From: Candidatus Latescibacterota bacterium
Lineage (GTDB): Bacteria > Latescibacterota > UBA2968
Assembly: GCA_965204375.1 (NCBI GenBank)
Contig: OZ241986.1
Location: forward strand, 1,664,001 to 1,728,000
Reading direction: 5' to 3'
Length of the DNA stretch: 64,000 nt
This document shows, piece after piece, positions 18,435 through 27,398 of the stretch. Each line of letters starts with the position of its first letter. Position 1 is the first letter of the stretch. The notes under the pieces are model-generated. The model worked only from the letters and a program-made list of their open reading frames with translations, was not told the origin of the DNA and searched no databases. A program made the position numbers and the translations under genes.

Positions 18435-18845
18435 ATGGCACGGATTTTAGCCGTTGACTTTGGAAGGCGACGAATTGGACTTGCGGTATGCGACGAATTG
18501 CAAATTTCCGTTCGTGGATTGCCCACGCTCAAAGTCCGCAATTTCAATGATAGTGTGGCGCAGGTTGCACAGGTCGCAGGGGATCAGGTAGCAGAGGAAG
18601 TAGTGGTTGGCTTGCCCTTAAACATGGATGGCAGTCGTGGGGAAATGGCGAGTGCTGCAGAAAATTTCGCCTCCCAACTGGCTGTTTTGAGCAACAGGCC
18701 AGTTCGCACGTTTGATGAACGGCTTTCATCGGTGGGTGCAAAACGCGAGTTGCATGCCATGCAGGCTAAGAAACACAAAGGAGAAATAGATCGCCTGGCT
18801 GCTGTATTAATCCTCGAAACCTATTTGCAACACAAAGGAAGATAG
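18435..18845 (+). CDS. ruvX: YqgF/RuvX family (pre-16S rRNA) nuclease
   Basis: ILAVDFGRRRIGLA, VVGLPLNMDG, DERLSS, D..AA..IL..YL. Confidence 0.95.
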   Translation: MARILAVDFGRRRIGLAVCDELQISVRGLPTLKVRNFNDSVAQVAQVAGDQVAEEVVVGLPLNMDGSRGEMASAAENFASQLAVLSNRPVRTFDERLSSVGAKRELHAMQAKKHKGEIDRLAAVLILETYLQHKGR

Positions 18846-18851
18846 CCCCTC

Positions 18852-19877
18852 ATGAAACGGTTTCTCTTTATTTTTAGTATTGTGCCAATTGTGTGCTTTT
18901 TGGGTGCTTGCACGGGTATTCTTATTTTTAATCGGCCAACGGGGGTGGGAAAGAAAGAGGTCGAGATTCGACATGGAGCAACCGTTAAACAAATCAGCCA
19001 GCAACTCTATCAAAAACGCCTGATCCACAGCCCGCGCCTGCTGCAGTTTCTTGCCCAGCTCAATGGGAGCAGTCGCCGCCTGAAGGCAGGCATTCATCCC
19101 TTCGACGGTCAGATGACGACCTGGGAGGTTTTGCTCGAGTTGGAGCGTTCACGCGATGTCACGCAAAATGTCACGGTTCCCGAGGGTTTAGAAAAAAAAC
19201 AAGTTGCGGCGATCCTATCTGAGAAATTGAATCTCGACCAGAAAAAATTGCTGTTGTTAATGAACAGTTCCGCTTTTTGCAAAACCCTTTCTGTACAGGC
19301 CAAAGATCTGGAAGGCTATTTATTCCCCGAAACCTATAATTTTCCGATAACAGTATCAGAACAACAGGTTCTGCGCAGGATGGTTGAGCATTGTCGTGCT
19401 GTTTTTGATGAAAGGCTTCAGAGACGCGCAGATGAACTCGGAATGAGTATTCACGAAGTGATCACCTTCGCATCTATTATCGAAGGGGAAACCAGTTGGG
19501 ATTCCGAGCGAGATACGATTGCGGCAGTCTATCACAATCGTCTGAAAAAAGGCATGCGTCTGCAAGCCGATCCCACGGTGCAATATGCCCTTCCGGGTGA
19601 ACCTCGGCGGCTATTTTATAAGGATTATGACTACGATTCTCCCTATAATACCTATCGCCATGCAGGACTGCCGCCCGGACCTATTAACAGTCCTGGACGT
19701 GCGTCTATTGAGGCTGCACTTTTTCCAGCGGATGTCAATTATTTTTATTTTGTCGCTACTGGCGAAGGCGGCCATGTCTTTACACATTCTTTGCAAGAGC
19801 ACAAGGCCGCAAAAAAGAGAACCGCTTCTGCACGACAAAACACCTGGCAAAAAAAGAAACTGGTAACAGGGGATTAG
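18852..19877 (+). CDS. mltG: Endolytic transglycosylase MltG
   Basis: VTVPEG, LEGYLFPETY, ASIIE.E, LQADPTVQY, SPYNTY..AGLPPGPI.SPG. Confidence 0.95.
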   Translation: MKRFLFIFSIVPIVCFLGACTGILIFNRPTGVGKKEVEIRHGATVKQISQQLYQKRLIHSPRLLQFLAQLNGSSRRLKAGIHPFDGQMTTWEVLLELERSRDVTQNVTVPEGLEKKQVAAILSEKLNLDQKKLLLLMNSSAFCKTLSVQAKDLEGYLFPETYNFPITVSEQQVLRRMVEHCRAVFDERLQRRADELGMSIHEVITFASIIEGETSWDSERDTIAAVYHNRLKKGMRLQADPTVQYALPGEPRRLFYKDYDYDSPYNTYRHAGLPPGPINSPGRASIEAALFPADVNYFYFVATGEGGHVFTHSLQEHKAAKKRTASARQNTWQKKKLVTGD

Positions 19878-19903
19878 GGCTTGGGGGTTTTGACAACTGG
19901 CTT

Positions 19904-22075
19904 ATGTCTTCAATTCTCAATGGATTAAATGATGCACAACGCAAAGCTGTACAGGCCGTAGATGGTCCCGTGCTCGTTCTCGCAGGGGCCGGTTCTGGTA
20001 AAACGCGTGTTTTGACGCGGCGCATCGCTTATCTGTTGAGTGAATGCGGTGTTGAGCCGCGCCAGATTCTGGCGATGACTTTTACCAATAAGGCCGCCGG
20101 AGAAATGCGCGAGCGCGTCGAAGACTTGCTTAATCGCTCGTGCCAAACCATGTGGATTGGTACGTTCCACAGTTTATGTGCGCGTCTTTTGCGATCACAG
20201 GCCGAACGCGTGGGACTGAGGTCCAACTTTACGATTTACGATGCAACAGATCAACTCGCGCTTCTGCGACGGGTTATTGCTGATGAGGAACTTTCTGAAC
20301 GCGATTTTCCTGCGCGTTTGATTCGCACGCGGATCAGCCAGGCGAAAAACCAGATGGTGGGAGTCGATGTGTTTGCCCAGCGTGCGAGCACATTTCGGGA
20401 GCAAATAATCGCGCGGGTTTTCCGCCACTATCAGGATGCCCTGAAACAGAATAACGCCGTTGACTTTGATGATTTGTTGACATTGAGCGTGGAGTTGATC
20501 CGCGACCACGAGGATGTGCGCCAAACCTATCAGGCGCAGTTTTCACATATTTTAATCGACGAATATCAGGATACCAATCGTCCACAATACCTTTTTGCGC
20601 GTTATCTGGCTGAGGAGTATCAAAATATATGTGTTGTTGGCGATGACGATCAGAGTATCTATGCGTGGCGTGGCGCAGATATTCGCAATATTCTCGATTT
20701 TGAAGCCGATTATCCCAACGCGCTTGTCGTGCGTCTGGAGCAAAATTACCGTTCCACGCAGGTTATTCTGGATGCCGGCAATGCCCTGATTCGCAACAAT
20801 GCGGGGCGCAAGGGAAAGGAACTGTGGACGGATCGCGCGCGCGGTGAAAAAATCCGTTTAAAAAGATGTGCCGATGAAGCAGAAGAAGCCCGCTGGATCG
20901 CCGGTGTAGCACGAGACTTTAAGCGCGTGCATACCTACCGGAATATGGCGGTGCTCTATCGCACCAATGCACAGTCTCGCGCCCTTGAAGAAGGGTTCAG
21001 ACGCGCCAATATTCCATATCAAATTGTGGGGGATGTGCGATTTTACGAGCGCAAGGAAGTCAAGGATGTACTCGCGTATCTCAAATTGGTGGTCAATTCG
21101 CGCGATTCCATCAGTTTTTGGCGCGTGATTAACACGCCGCGCCGCGGCATTGGGGCGACATCTACAGGGCGGCTCGATGAGTTTGCCATGCGCGAGGGAC
21201 TTGCGCCCTACCAGGCACTTGCACATTTAGACGTTATTGATACAATTCCGAAGCGCACAGCCCACGCGATGCGGCGGTTTTACGACATGATCGAGGGTTT
21301 TCGCCAGGATATGGAAGCGATACCTGCCGATGAACTCGCGGCAAACATTGTCGATGAAACTGGCTATTTGGGCAATTTTGAGAAACTCCTGCCAGAAGAA
21401 CAGATGTCCCGAAGAGCGCATGTCGCGGAATTGTTGACGGATATCCAGATTTTTGTCGAACAATCGGATGATGTCTCTTTAGAGGCGTATTTACGGAAAG
21501 TTTCGCTGGTGACAGATGTGGATCAGTGGGAAAACGCCGCAGATGCGGTCACGCTGATGACTCTGCACAGTGCTAAGGGACTGGAATTTCCCATTGTGTT
21601 TGTTACCGGTCTCGAAGAAGGGCTATTTCCGATTTTGCGCCCTGCTGGCGACGAAGGGAATATGGAAGATGCATTAGAAGAGGAACGCCGTCTTTTTTAT
21701 GTGGGCATTACCCGCGCCCAGGATAGACTCTTTTTGTCCTATGCCATGCGAAGGCAGCGATACGGCGGCGCGGTAAGCTGCTCTGCCTCGCAGTTTTTGT
21801 CCGAAATACCCGAAGACCTGCTCGATGCCGGTTTTAAGATCAGTGAAATCAGCAGTGTTCCACGCCCCAAATCGGGCAGAGAACCCGCCCGGCGGGTCAA
21901 TCCGGGAGAACCGTTTTTAATGGATGTCGGATCGTGGGTCGTGCATCCCGCCTGGGGCCGTGGACAGATTCAAAGCCGCGCGGGATCGGGGCAAACGGCC
22001 AGACTCAAAGTGCGATTCGACGGCGGGGCCGTCAAAACACTCATGGTCAAATTTGCCAATCTTCAGCCGGGATAG
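19904..22075 (+). CDS. pcrA: ATP-dependent DNA helicase PcrA/UvrD
   Basis: AGAGSGKT, TFTNKAA, DEYQDTN, LEQNYRST, TLHSAKGLEF, EERRLFYVGITRA, C-terminal Tudor-like tail. Confidence 0.95.
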   Translation: MSSILNGLNDAQRKAVQAVDGPVLVLAGAGSGKTRVLTRRIAYLLSECGVEPRQILAMTFTNKAAGEMRERVEDLLNRSCQTMWIGTFHSLCARLLRSQAERVGLRSNFTIYDATDQLALLRRVIADEELSERDFPARLIRTRISQAKNQMVGVDVFAQRASTFREQIIARVFRHYQDALKQNNAVDFDDLLTLSVELIRDHEDVRQTYQAQFSHILIDEYQDTNRPQYLFARYLAEEYQNICVVGDDDQSIYAWRGADIRNILDFEADYPNALVVRLEQNYRSTQVILDAGNALIRNNAGRKGKELWTDRARGEKIRLKRCADEAEEARWIAGVARDFKRVHTYRNMAVLYRTNAQSRALEEGFRRANIPYQIVGDVRFYERKEVKDVLAYLKLVVNSRDSISFWRVINTPRRGIGATSTGRLDEFAMREGLAPYQALAHLDVIDTIPKRTAHAMRRFYDMIEGFRQDMEAIPADELAANIVDETGYLGNFEKLLPEEQMSRRAHVAELLTDIQIFVEQSDDVSLEAYLRKVSLVTDVDQWENAADAVTLMTLHSAKGLEFPIVFVTGLEEGLFPILRPAGDEGNMEDALEEERRLFYVGITRAQDRLFLSYAMRRQRYGGAVSCSASQFLSEIPEDLLDAGFKISEISSVPRPKSGREPARRVNPGEPFLMDVGSWVVHPAWGRGQIQSRAGSGQTARLKVRFDGGAVKTLMVKFANLQPG

Positions 22076-22083
22076 GATTTCCT

Positions 22084-22371
22084 ATGCCTGTTTCAAAAGA
22101 TGATGTCCAAAAAGTGGCGCAACTTGCGCGCCTGGATTTCGCGCCGGAAGAAGAGGCGCAGCTAATCGAAGACTTAAACCGCATGCTCGAATACGTTGCG
22201 GCACTTGATCAACTCGATACAACAGAGGTAGCCCCGACAGCGCATGTACTCCCCCTGGAAAATGCGTTTCGGGACGATGTCATGGGACAGTCATTGGATC
22301 GGTCAGATGCGCTGGCGAATGCCCCGCTTTCCGGACAAGGCCACTTTCGCGTCCCCAGAGTAATTGAATAA
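22084..22371 (+). CDS. gatC: Asp/Glu-tRNA amidotransferase subunit C
   Basis: VA.LARL, L...DT..V.PT.H, R.D, L.NAP....F.VPRVIE. Confidence 0.92.
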   Translation: MPVSKDDVQKVAQLARLDFAPEEEAQLIEDLNRMLEYVAALDQLDTTEVAPTAHVLPLENAFRDDVMGQSLDRSDALANAPLSGQGHFRVPRVIE

Positions 22372-22434
22372 GCACAAGTCTCGGCGGTAAACTTCCGCCG
22401 ATTTTCTTTTGTCGAACACAGATGGAGGCACATT

Positions 22435-24216
22435 GTGAAAAAACATGATCGCGAGCCAAAATACATCGTGGTTGCCGGGGGGGTGATCAGTGGCGTGGGG
22501 AAAGGACTCGCCACGGCTTCTATCGGTAAAATTTTGCAGTATTACGGCTATAAAACCACAGCCATAAAAATTGATCCCTATTTGAATTACGATGCCGGGA
22601 CACTCAGGCCCACAGAACACGGCGAGGTGTGGGTCACGGATGACGGGGGCGAGATCGACCTCGATCTGGGCAACTATGAGCGGTTTCTCGGCCTGGATTT
22701 GCCCCGCACAAACAATCTTACAACCGGGCAAATCTACCACGCGGTTATCGAGCGCGAGAGGCGGGGCGAATATCTCGGACAGACCGTTCAGCCGATCCCA
22801 CATATTACTGACGAGATCAAGGATCGGGTGCAGCAGGCTGCACAGGGGTCCGATATCGCGCTGGTCGAAATTGGCGGCACCATTGGCGACGATGAAAATA
22901 TCCCATTTTTCTTTGCAATGAAGGGCCTGGAGCGGGAAATTGGCGAGGCCAATATTATGTATGTGCTGGTTAGCTATTTGCCCGTGCCCGATCATATCAA
23001 CGAGATGAAGACCAAACCCACGCAACACGCAGTCAAACTACTCAGCGGGCATGGCATGGTACCCGACTTTATTATTTGCCGCGCCACGCGACCGGTGGAT
23101 GAGGTGCGAAAACGCAAAATTGAGGTTTCTGCCAATATCCCAAAAGATCGCATTATTTCCGCGCCAGATTTGGATATTGTGTATCAAGTTCCGATCCATT
23201 ATGAAAGCGAGCAGGTCGGTGTTAAAATGCTCGCACATCTGGGGCTAAAACCCAAAAAAGAACCCGATTGGACGCGGTGGACGCATTTGGTGCAGAAGAT
23301 TCGTCGGCCTTCACAGACGGTTAAAGTGGCGATGGTTGGAAAATACGTCGAGATTGGCGATTACGAATTTACAGATTCGTACATTTCAGTGAACCAATCT
23401 CTCGAACACGCCGGTGCCAATTTAGACACGCGCATCGACATTTCCTGGATTGATTCGGCCAGCCTCGAAATGGGAGGGGGCGAAGATGTGCTTGGAGAAT
23501 TTGATGGCATTATTGTACCTGGTGCCTTTGGTGAAGGAGGAGCCGAAGGCGTGATTGAGGCCATTCGCTATGCGCGTGAAAATGGCCTGCCATTTCTCGG
23601 GCTGTGTTATGGACTTCAGATGGCCATTGTTGAATATGCGCGAAACGTGGTAGGATTGGAAGATGCCAATTCGGCTGAAAATGATCCCGACACGCCCCAT
23701 GCTGTGATCGATATTCAGATGAGCCAACGAGAAATTATTGAAGAAAGTCGTTTTGGCGGTACGATGCGTCTGGGGGGATATGTGGCTGTACTCCGCCGAG
23801 AGAGCGTCGTACTCGATCTGTATGAGCGCACGGGGCGCCTGGAGGAAGATGCATGGCGCATCGATCAACTGAGCAAGAATCCGGCTGAGGCTTTCCGCCT
23901 GGGTGTTCTTCTCGAAAGCGAGCGCTGTGTGATTGAACGCCATCGCCATCGCTATGAAGTATCGCCCAAATTCGTCGATTTGCTCGATGAATTTGGCCTG
24001 ATTTTTTCCGGGTATCACCGCCGAGAGGACGGCACCAAACTCATGGAATTTATAGAGTTACCTGATCATCCATTTTTTGTGGCTACGCAAGCCCATCCCG
24101 AATTTAAGTCGCGCCTCGAACAGCCCGCCCCTTTGTTTTACGGTTTTGTAGAATCTGTTGTCGCTCATACACAGGAACGAGTTGGTGATACATCGGTTTC
24201 TAAAAAAAGCGTCTGA
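22435..24216 (+). CDS. pyrG: CTP synthase (archaeal/eukaryote-like signature)
   Basis: GGVISGVGKG, KIDPYLNYDAGT, HGEV, KTKPTQ, GLCYGLQ nucleophile, ERHRHRYEV, QAHPEF. Confidence 0.95.
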   Translation: MKKHDREPKYIVVAGGVISGVGKGLATASIGKILQYYGYKTTAIKIDPYLNYDAGTLRPTEHGEVWVTDDGGEIDLDLGNYERFLGLDLPRTNNLTTGQIYHAVIERERRGEYLGQTVQPIPHITDEIKDRVQQAAQGSDIALVEIGGTIGDDENIPFFFAMKGLEREIGEANIMYVLVSYLPVPDHINEMKTKPTQHAVKLLSGHGMVPDFIICRATRPVDEVRKRKIEVSANIPKDRIISAPDLDIVYQVPIHYESEQVGVKMLAHLGLKPKKEPDWTRWTHLVQKIRRPSQTVKVAMVGKYVEIGDYEFTDSYISVNQSLEHAGANLDTRIDISWIDSASLEMGGGEDVLGEFDGIIVPGAFGEGGAEGVIEAIRYARENGLPFLGLCYGLQMAIVEYARNVVGLEDANSAENDPDTPHAVIDIQMSQREIIEESRFGGTMRLGGYVAVLRRESVVLDLYERTGRLEEDAWRIDQLSKNPAEAFRLGVLLESERCVIERHRHRYEVSPKFVDLLDEFGLIFSGYHRREDGTKLMEFIELPDHPFFVATQAHPEFKSRLEQPAPLFYGFVESVVAHTQERVGDTSVSKKSV

Positions 24217-24721
24217 GGTTCTGTTGTGTACCCTGTGCGCCTGCGCTCCTGCTGACCGGGTAGAGCAAGCTGTGGAAGAAACACTGGTTAACCGAGAAAT
24301 GTGGCACTGGTCCACGCGGATTACAGATCGTGGCAAATCCCGAGCACAGGTTCAGGCTGGCTCTTTTCAACAGGTGTCGGAAGATGAACCCGCTCGTTTT
24401 TCCGATGGTGTTCGGGTTGTATTTTTTAATGCTCAGGGCGATACAGTTTCCACGCTGAGTGCTGAAAGAGGCGAAATTAACGCATCGGGCGACGATATGA
24501 AAGTATTTGGGTCTGTCGTTGTCGTGGCACGAGACCGCACGCAGTTGCAAACGGATTCGCTCCGCTGGCAGCGCGATGAGGATCGCATTATGGGCGAGGG
24601 CTATGTGACGATTTCTCGGCCCGATGGCACAGAGACGGGGGTGGGTTTTAATGCTTCGTCAGATCTGAAACAGTGGACACTTTTGTTTGTAAATACGCAG
24701 ATGAGACGCAAGAAGCCGTGA
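24158..24721 (+). CDS. lptC: LPS export periplasmic protein LptC (start uncertain)
   Basis: V.FF...G...S.L.A.RG, G.VVV, L.TDSL.W beta-jellyroll pattern; lies before lptA/lptB. Confidence 0.8.
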   Translation: MSLIHRNELVIHRFLKKASEVLLCTLCACAPADRVEQAVEETLVNREMWHWSTRITDRGKSRAQVQAGSFQQVSEDEPARFSDGVRVVFFNAQGDTVSTLSAERGEINASGDDMKVFGSVVVVARDRTQLQTDSLRWQRDEDRIMGEGYVTISRPDGTETGVGFNASSDLKQWTLLFVNTQMRRKKP

Positions 24722-26031
24722 AAAATATCAGACATTATTTTATTTTTCGAACAGAACTCCGGGGCTTTCTCGGAGTTCTGCTTATATGCACCTGCTCGGG
24801 AGTAAATGCCGAGCAGAAGCTCAGTGCAGATTGGGTGAAAACGCTGCTCTTGAACGACCAGACGCAGCGCAATTACCGCGGGAGCGTGGTGTATGAAGAC
24901 AGCTTGCGCCAACTCACGGTAAAAGCCGATTCTGCACATGTACGCGTTGGAGATGCGATTTATCTTTTTGTACATCAAGTGAGTTACAAAGACACGGTGA
25001 GGGAAATTCGCGCTGATACACTCGTGTTTCAAGACCGCGAAGACCGCGCGACATTTCGGGGACACGTCTTTCTAAGCGATGACCAGCGCACGCTTGAGGC
25101 GCATATCGTGCAATTTTTAAGCAAAGAAGACTCGCTTATTGCCGAGGGTGATGTCATCCTTCTGTTGCCCGAAGGCCGAAGTCTGCGCGCTTCCCAATTG
25201 CGCTACGATTTGATCCGCGAGCGCGGAAATCTGCAGGGCCAGACACAGTTACAGGTAGTAGGAGAATACGGCGATACCCTCGAGGCTCAGTCCGATTCCA
25301 TTGCCTTTGTCAATCGCGGGCAAGAGCTCTTGCTCAATGGCAACCTCATCTTGCGTCAGGGACACACGCGCGGCAAAGCTATGTCTGGCGCGTATGCGGA
25401 TTCTGCAATCGTCCTTTCTGGGAGGCCCTTGATGACCTGGACCAATCCCAGCAGGCGAGATTCCGTTTCGGCACAGGGCACAAAAATTCTTATGGATGTG
25501 TCTGATCAGATCATCAATGCGATGGTGCTTTCAGATAGCACACGCATCCATGCTATGGCTTTTGCCAATGGTCATGCACAAAAAATACGCTCAGATTCTG
25601 CTCGGATTGTCTTTCGTGATGAGACCCCACAGCGCATGCACGCCTGGGGAAATGTGATACTCAATCTGAGCGAGCGGGATACGTCGCGGGCGGTGCTGTC
25701 TGGCGACGATCTCAAAGTGTCCTATAGAGATGGGAAATTGGATAGTTTGACGCTGTCTGGTGACTGTATCGGTTCTTATATTGCCCAGGACAGCCTATCG
25801 GAAAGCCACCTGAGGGGCAAAAAATTTGTATTGTGGTTTTCCAACAGTGAGTTAGTCCAGATGGCGATTTCCGATGAAGCACATTGCACGCGGATTATGC
25901 GAGATAACGACGATGTGACGGTTTCTGGGGATTATCTCCTTTTGAAATTTACTCCCGGTCAGTTGTCATCTATCCGAGCTGAAGGGGCTGTGCGAGGGCA
26001 CTATACCGCTGAGTTGGAGGATGCGCCGTGA
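24718..26031 (+). CDS. Extended LptA/OstA-like beta-jellyroll protein
   Basis: Repeated ADS/ADT...G.V OstA-like units; between lptC and lptB with GTGA overlaps. Confidence 0.75.
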   Translation: MKNIRHYFIFRTELRGFLGVLLICTCSGVNAEQKLSADWVKTLLLNDQTQRNYRGSVVYEDSLRQLTVKADSAHVRVGDAIYLFVHQVSYKDTVREIRADTLVFQDREDRATFRGHVFLSDDQRTLEAHIVQFLSKEDSLIAEGDVILLLPEGRSLRASQLRYDLIRERGNLQGQTQLQVVGEYGDTLEAQSDSIAFVNRGQELLLNGNLILRQGHTRGKAMSGAYADSAIVLSGRPLMTWTNPSRRDSVSAQGTKILMDVSDQIINAMVLSDSTRIHAMAFANGHAQKIRSDSARIVFRDETPQRMHAWGNVILNLSERDTSRAVLSGDDLKVSYRDGKLDSLTLSGDCIGSYIAQDSLSESHLRGKKFVLWFSNSELVQMAISDEAHCTRIMRDNDDVTVSGDYLLLKFTPGQLSSIRAEGAVRGHYTAELEDAP

Positions 26032-26753
26032 ACCTGAGAGCCGAGGGATTGGTCAAAAAATACGCACGGCGCCTGGTTGTCAATCAGGTCAACTTAATTG
26101 TCAATCCCGGTGAAATTGTCGGCCTATTAGGGCCTAATGGCGCGGGAAAAACCACCTGTTTTTACCTCATTGTCGGCGCAATTTCGTCAAATGCCGGACA
26201 CATTTTTTTAGGTGATCGAGACATCACTGCATTGCCCATGTATCGCCGCGCACGCCTGGGCATTGGTTATTTGGCACAGGAATCAACTGTTTTTAGGAAG
26301 ATGTCCGTGTTGGAAAATGTACTGTCCGTGCTCGAATACGAGAAAATAGGTAAGGCAGAACGGTTAGACCGCGCCCACAAGGTATTGGAAGATCTGGGAG
26401 TGGGACATTTATCGCACCAACGCGCAGATAGTTTGTCGGGCGGCGAAACACGCCGACTGGAAATCGCGCGGGCACTCTCTCGAGAACCGCTTTTTATGCT
26501 GCTTGACGAGCCTTTTGCCGGCGTGGATCCGCGTGCGGTTGAAGATATTCAGAATATTATTGCCGAACTGAAACGCCTGAATATAGGCGTTTTGATTACT
26601 GATCACAATGTGCGAGAAACTCTGGCGATTACAGATCGCTCCTATTTGCTCTCCGAAGGGAAAATTCTCCTATCAGGTACATCCCAGGCATTGGCAGCAA
26701 GCGACGAAGCGCGTCGCATTTATCTGGGTGACCGGTTTCGCCTCGATTCGTGA
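26028..26753 (+). CDS. lptB: LPS export ABC ATPase LptB
   Basis: GLLGPNGAGKTT, GIGYLAQE, LSGGE.RRLEIARAL, LLDEPFAGVDP, ITDHNVRETL. Confidence 0.96.
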   Translation: MNLRAEGLVKKYARRLVVNQVNLIVNPGEIVGLLGPNGAGKTTCFYLIVGAISSNAGHIFLGDRDITALPMYRRARLGIGYLAQESTVFRKMSVLENVLSVLEYEKIGKAERLDRAHKVLEDLGVGHLSHQRADSLSGGETRRLEIARALSREPLFMLLDEPFAGVDPRAVEDIQNIIAELKRLNIGVLITDHNVRETLAITDRSYLLSEGKILLSGTSQALAASDEARRIYLGDRFRLDS

Positions 26754-26831
26754 CAAATTGGGAAAAAGGTTTACAATCCTCTCCGTTATGTGTTATTATT
26801 TAAAGTTAAATTTTCTCTTTATTGAATACTG

Positions 26832-27398
26832 ATGAGGACAGGAATGAAACATGTAACAATGGCAGAACTGGAAGCGGGATTAGAAGATATTCGCCAGTCT
26901 CCCACAGATGCGGGTGTGTTAGCATTGATTGTGCGACGGCCGCAGGTTGAGGCGCGGGAGGTTCTGGAAGTGGGCGAACTCGATCTGTTTGAAGGACTCG
27001 TGGGCGACAACTGGAAAACGCGCGGCAGTTCTCAAACCGCAGACGGGTCAGCTCATCCAGACATGCAACTCAACATCATGAACGCCCGCGTGATTGCCCT
27101 GTTGGCGCAGAAAAAGGAGCGTTGGGCACTGGCGGGGGATCAGTTGTATATGGATCTCGATTTAAGCGCAGAGAATGTGCCACCGGGTACCAGACTAAGT
27201 CTGGGGGAAGCGGTGATCGAGGTGACAGATCAACCTCACACGGGCTGTAAAAAATTTGCGGCGCGTTTTGGGTTGGACGCGCTGAAATTTATCAGTTCTC
27301 CCGTGGGAAAACAGCTTCAGTTGCGCGGAATCAATGCAAAGGTCATTCGCTCTGGCGCGATACGGATTGGTGATACTGTGAAGAAAGTTAAACTATGA
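26832..27398 (+). CDS. MOSC domain protein (YiiM-like)
   Basis: GLVGDNW, GDQL..DLDLS, G.A.IEVT..PHTGCKKF, LRGINAKV...G.I..GD. Confidence 0.85.
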   Translation: MRTGMKHVTMAELEAGLEDIRQSPTDAGVLALIVRRPQVEAREVLEVGELDLFEGLVGDNWKTRGSSQTADGSAHPDMQLNIMNARVIALLAQKKERWALAGDQLYMDLDLSAENVPPGTRLSLGEAVIEVTDQPHTGCKKFAARFGLDALKFISSPVGKQLQLRGINAKVIRSGAIRIGDTVKKVKL

